Assembly (NCBI GenBank): GCA_963981035.1
Contig: CAXCCF010000001.1
Coordinates: 23,006 to 87,005 of the forward strand
Length of the DNA stretch: 64,000 nucleotides
Direction of reading: 5' to 3'
From: an uncultured euryarchaeote
Lineage (GTDB): Archaea > Thermoplasmatota > Poseidoniia > Poseidoniales > Poseidoniaceae
Below the pieces are notes generated by a model, which was given only the letters and a program-made list of their open reading frames with translations, was not told the origin of the DNA and ran no database searches. This document shows positions 60,528 through 64,000 of the stretch, piece by piece. The number at the start of each line of letters is the position of its first letter. Positions within the stretch are counted from its first letter, which is position 1. The position numbers were made by a program, and so were the translations under genes.

Positions 60528-63071
60528 TCAGATATAGCTCCCTAAATGAATGATTACTCCTCCATCTTGATGTGTTATCCACATTGTTGAAAAAGTACTA
60601 TTAGAAGGTGAAAAATTAAACTCGTTCAAGCCTTGAACTAATGAGGATGAACTGTTTATCATTTGCCACTGTGAACCACTTCCCTCATGCATTACCATTA
60701 CTGGAACAGAAATATTTGATGGATTGTAGAAGGAGAATGTAGACATGTTATTTTCTGTTAGAAGTGTACCATTTATCGCCGCTGCCCAAATATTATTCCA
60801 CAGACGATAGCTAATGTCTGAACGAATTAAGATTAATTCAGGCCCCTGTTCCACTGAAAATATCGTTTGCGGGTTTGGATTTAGCTGGTTTTGGCACAAA
60901 CTGATAGTTTGTCCATCTTCCATAATCAATGTCAAATTGGTATCATATTCAATCAATGGAATCTGGCCAGCCGGTCTCACACTCATATCCCATATCCATT
61001 CCCCGTCTAGTGGACTTGGTGGTGTGCTGATGTGCGAATCTATTGGACAAGTGTTTCCTTGTGTTAGAAGTCCGCCCATCTCAAATTCAGCACCTAGTCC
61101 TTGAATATCATCGCTGTATAGTTTCCAGCCATCTTGGGGGACGATTGCCTTCAATGGTTTTGCTGGCATCGAGCCTGTGAAAATATTACCATTAAGAGAT
61201 ATCTTGTTGAGGTCCCATGCTCTCAAAATTATTGGGTCCAATCCAATTACGCAAATCTCATCTGGTATTTCACTGAAATTAGCATTCATATCCGAGTAAC
61301 CTTCAATCCAATGCAATCTTGTGTCGGTGGAAATTGTACTATTATCGGGGAAACTAACTAATAATGATTCATCTGGTCCAAGATTTCCATTTAGTTTGAT
61401 ACACCGCTTGACATCACCATTATCCTCAACAAGTTGCCAATCAGATATCGGATAAACTGCTAATGCAGGGCTAATTTGAAGGGTTTGTAATTTGTATCCT
61501 TCTTCGGTCCACATGACCAAAGTAAAATTCTCCCCGAATGGTGAATTGCTCGGGTGATTCCAACTAATATTCAGTGTAAAGGTTGCAACTCTCCCCGGCA
61601 AGAGAGATTCTCCGCAGCCAAATCCGTTAATGTCAAGTGAATCTTCACCTTTACAATCCCATTCATATTGCCATTCACCTATTGATTGATCACCATCTCT
61701 AATGACATCAATGGCGTATGAATATTCAACAAAAGAGGGATTGATTACTTCGATTGTCAAGTTTGTCATCCAGATATCTCCATCACCCAGTGTGGCGGCC
61801 TTTATCTCATCAAATTCAAATTCTAATGGTGCTTGCCAATCATCTTGTAATAGAACCGGTGATTGACTTGGTAATGCTAACATGAAAACCAAGAAAAAGA
61901 AGAGACCAAGTCTCTTTTCTGTAGTAATATCAATTCCCGCAGGCTCGTCTAATACAATCGGGATTCTTGGCTCCCCACCCAAATAATACAAGAACGGTAA
62001 TATCAAGACAAGAACAAGAGTCCAAATTGAAAAGCCATCAAATGCATTGAATAGCCATGCAAATATCAGAATTACGAAGAAAAGTCTTACTTGCGTTCCT
62101 GAATTTCTTGCCATCACAGAACCAAGACGGGAGACCATCAATCTTCCACCTGGGAATGTAGGTATTGGTAACAACAATACCCAACCAAAGAATGTCAATA
62201 CTGAACCTGCTTTTGCCAATGGATGTGCCCAAGCAAGTCTAATGTGAAGGTCGTCAAAAAATGCTACTGAAACTAATTCAACAATCAAAGGAGGTTCTAT
62301 AGAGCGTGGTGCTGAAAGAATATTTATTAATTCAGGTGTTAGGAATAACCCAATTGCCCAAAGAATAAAACCACTGCATATCATTATAGCAGGTACAATT
62401 ATTGAGATAGTTCCCAGTTGCTTTCTATTGTCCCATGGTCGTGAACTCATACGAGGTAATGTTGAAATCAATAATAATCCAAATGGCCATATTAATGATG
62501 TTGGAGAAAATAATCCTACTGACCAAAATGCAATCGAAATATCTGGAATTGGTGCAATATGTCCAACTCTAATCCCTTGTTTTGCCGCTAGCCTAACCTG
62601 TATTAGAGATGCGAAAAAGAGCGTCGCCAATATTGGTAATGTAAATCCAACAAAGGAATCGATAAATAATCCATGACCGAACCAACTTTCTGGAGGAGAT
62701 GATGTTTCTATCCATAGAGATCCTGCTAATGTAACTGTTAATGCAGTCATTGACCACAAGAATAGATGTAGTTTTATTGGAGGAAATTGCCTATCAGGAA
62801 TTGGTAATATTGTCACCAACCAAGGCTCATCTTCAGTTAACTTTGCCATCCATCCCAATTTATCTAAATGATGGTTAACTCTTTTCAGAGAGTGGTGCAC
62901 ATCTCCATCTTGTTTTACATCAATTATCCAACTTGGCCATCTTCCACCTACTTTTTCAATCAAGTAGTATTCTCGGCCCAAAATATTAGCCAAAAGAGCG
63001 TGCTGGTCCCAAGCCTTCTTGTGAGCAGGCAACTGTTCAAGGTCAACTTCTAAATCATTATCATCGCCCAT
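60528..63071 (-). CDS. Site-2 protease (M50)-like membrane protein lacking catalytic residues, with large extracytoplasmic C-terminal region
   Basis: Archaeal S2P layout. HExxH position reads ASLIQ. NLLPxxxLDGG position reads LLLPIPTFPGG. Confidence 0.65.
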   Translation of the reverse strand: MGDDNDLEVDLEQLPAHKKAWDQHALLANILGREYYLIEKVGGRWPSWIIDVKQDGDVHHSLKRVNHHLDKLGWMAKLTEDEPWLVTILPIPDRQFPPIKLHLFLWSMTALTVTLAGSLWIETSSPPESWFGHGLFIDSFVGFTLPILATLFFASLIQVRLAAKQGIRVGHIAPIPDISIAFWSVGLFSPTSLIWPFGLLLISTLPRMSSRPWDNRKQLGTISIIVPAIMICSGFILWAIGLFLTPELINILSAPRSIEPPLIVELVSVAFFDDLHIRLAWAHPLAKAGSVLTFFGWVLLLPIPTFPGGRLMVSRLGSVMARNSGTQVRLFFVILIFAWLFNAFDGFSIWTLVLVLILPFLYYLGGEPRIPIVLDEPAGIDITTEKRLGLFFFLVFMLALPSQSPVLLQDDWQAPLEFEFDEIKAATLGDGDIWMTNLTIEVINPSFVEYSYAIDVIRDGDQSIGEWQYEWDCKGEDSLDINGFGCGESLLPGRVATFTLNISWNHPSNSPFGENFTLVMWTEEGYKLQTLQISPALAVYPISDWQLVEDNGDVKRCIKLNGNLGPDESLLVSFPDNSTISTDTRLHWIEGYSDMNANFSEIPDEICVIGLDPIILRAWDLNKISLNGNIFTGSMPAKPLKAIVPQDGWKLYSDDIQGLGAEFEMGGLLTQGNTCPIDSHISTPPSPLDGEWIWDMSVRPAGQIPLIEYDTNLTLIMEDGQTISLCQNQLNPNPQTIFSVEQGPELILIRSDISYRLWNNIWAAAINGTLLTENNMSTFSFYNPSNISVPVMVMHEGSGSQWQMINSSSSLVQGLNEFNFSPSNSTFSTMWITHQDGGVIIHLGSYI

Positions 63072-63164
63072 ACGATAGCCACCTCACTAATACGCTCAAC
63101 ACCACTCCGTCTTCAATCAATCCCTCACACAGCCTTAACCGAGTGAAGATAAAAGTGAAATTAA

Positions 63165-63782
63165 TCACTTGTTTTTGAATCTCTTCAAGCGGAAGGTTTC
63201 TTCTCTTTCCATTTCTTCAAGACGAAGTTGAATGAAAACTCTTGCTTCTTCTAATTCAGGAATTACCTTGTACTCAAGTGCATTGACTCTTCTCTTTGTT
63301 GCTTCAATTTCTGACAATAATCTTTTCAGTGTACCTTCCATTTCAGCAGCAAGCACAATCTTCTCTATTAAATTACCAAAGGAATCACTCGCTTCATCAA
63401 TATAGGGTGATGAACCAATATATCCAACACCTCTTTCAGCGAATGTAGATTTTAGATTACTCCCACTAACACTTGGAACAACAACACCCATGATGTTTCG
63501 GCGTTCAACTTCAACCTGAGGAGTTGCAGTATTGGCTATTGCAGCAGCACGAACTGCTAATCCACCTTCAATTGCATTTGCCAAGTCAATACGTTGCTTG
63601 GCAAGACGATATGTATCGGTAAGATCACGCTTAGCTTCAATCATATCTGCCAATAATTTACGGAATTCATGGAAAAGGCCATCACGCTTCATTTTGAGAA
63701 GTTTGTAGCCATTTTTTGTTTGCTTAATGCGGCCCTTGAGTTTGATAAGTTCACTTCGTGTTGGTTTAATATCAAGCGCCAT
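63165..63782 (-). CDS. atpD: A/V-type ATP synthase subunit D
   Basis: IKPTRSEL, GYKLLKMKRDGL, NIMGVVVP, TKRRVNALEYKVIP, EREETFRLK. ATG 63782 with SD AGGTGA. Confidence 0.95.
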   Translation of the reverse strand: MALDIKPTRSELIKLKGRIKQTKNGYKLLKMKRDGLFHEFRKLLADMIEAKRDLTDTYRLAKQRIDLANAIEGGLAVRAAAIANTATPQVEVERRNIMGVVVPSVSGSNLKSTFAERGVGYIGSSPYIDEASDSFGNLIEKIVLAAEMEGTLKRLLSEIEATKRRVNALEYKVIPELEEARVFIQLRLEEMEREETFRLKRFKNK

Positions 63783-63815
63783 ATCTTTCACCTTTCCAAA
63801 TTAATGCTAAAGAAT

Positions 63816-64000
63816 TCACTTCCGGTTATCTGGATGATACTTGTCAATCCACTTTTGGTCAAGGCGCACTAGATACTTGGTATCAATTGCAGCCATCAAA
63901 GTCCAACATAGGTCAAGTGTTTCATCAATACTACGGTCTTCATCACGGGATTGGCGAAGGAACTTGTCTTCGAAAACTCCGGAGAAATCTAGAAGTTGCT
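63816..64000 (-). CDS. atpB: A/V-type ATP synthase subunit B, C-terminal fragment (gene starts beyond the window)
   Basis: Manual translation: ...FEDKFLRQSRDEDRSIDETLDLCWTLMAAIDTKYLVRLDQKWIDKYHPDNRK*. Lies directly upstream of atpD. Confidence 0.9.
   Translation of the reverse strand, partial: QLLDFSGVFEDKFLRQSRDEDRSIDETLDLCWTLMAAIDTKYLVRLDQKWIDKYHPDNRK

Overview
This is a gene-dense, low-GC archaeal chromosome segment. Gene content points to Thermoplasmatota, most likely Marine Group II / Poseidoniales: eS6, aIF2-gamma, Cdc6/Orc1, Hel308, Cgi121, Dph2 and A/V-type ATPase subunits B and D sit alongside bacterial-type gyrAB, class II HMG-CoA reductase, a class II tRNA nucleotidyltransferase and secreted PKD/peptidase proteins. 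I found no rRNA, tRNA, CRISPR array, transposase or integrase. It is mostly core genome, but several things stand out. (1) A translationally coupled three-gene operon (degenerate AAA+/wHTH protein, beta-propeller with helical tail, DUF357) has in its upstream region a phased, head-to-head TAACGC repeat array, close to an smc-scpA-scpB operon. (2) A ~520 bp intergenic region upstream of gyrB has 20% GC flanks, repeated motifs and an ORB-like core, making it a candidate replication origin. (3) A 143-aa ParB/Srx protein retains the SerK free-serine-kinase motifs. (4) Several proteins look like pseudo-enzymes: a site-2 protease without HExxH, a GcvH without its lipoyl-Lys, and a PIMT with an altered motif I. 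(5) Hel308 carries an insertion with an FxxA motif and an SSB-tail-like DDDIPL. (6) There is a membrane-anchored Smr domain and a Tmk fused to an unknown C-terminal domain. All family calls come from motif recognition by eye; no database searches were run.
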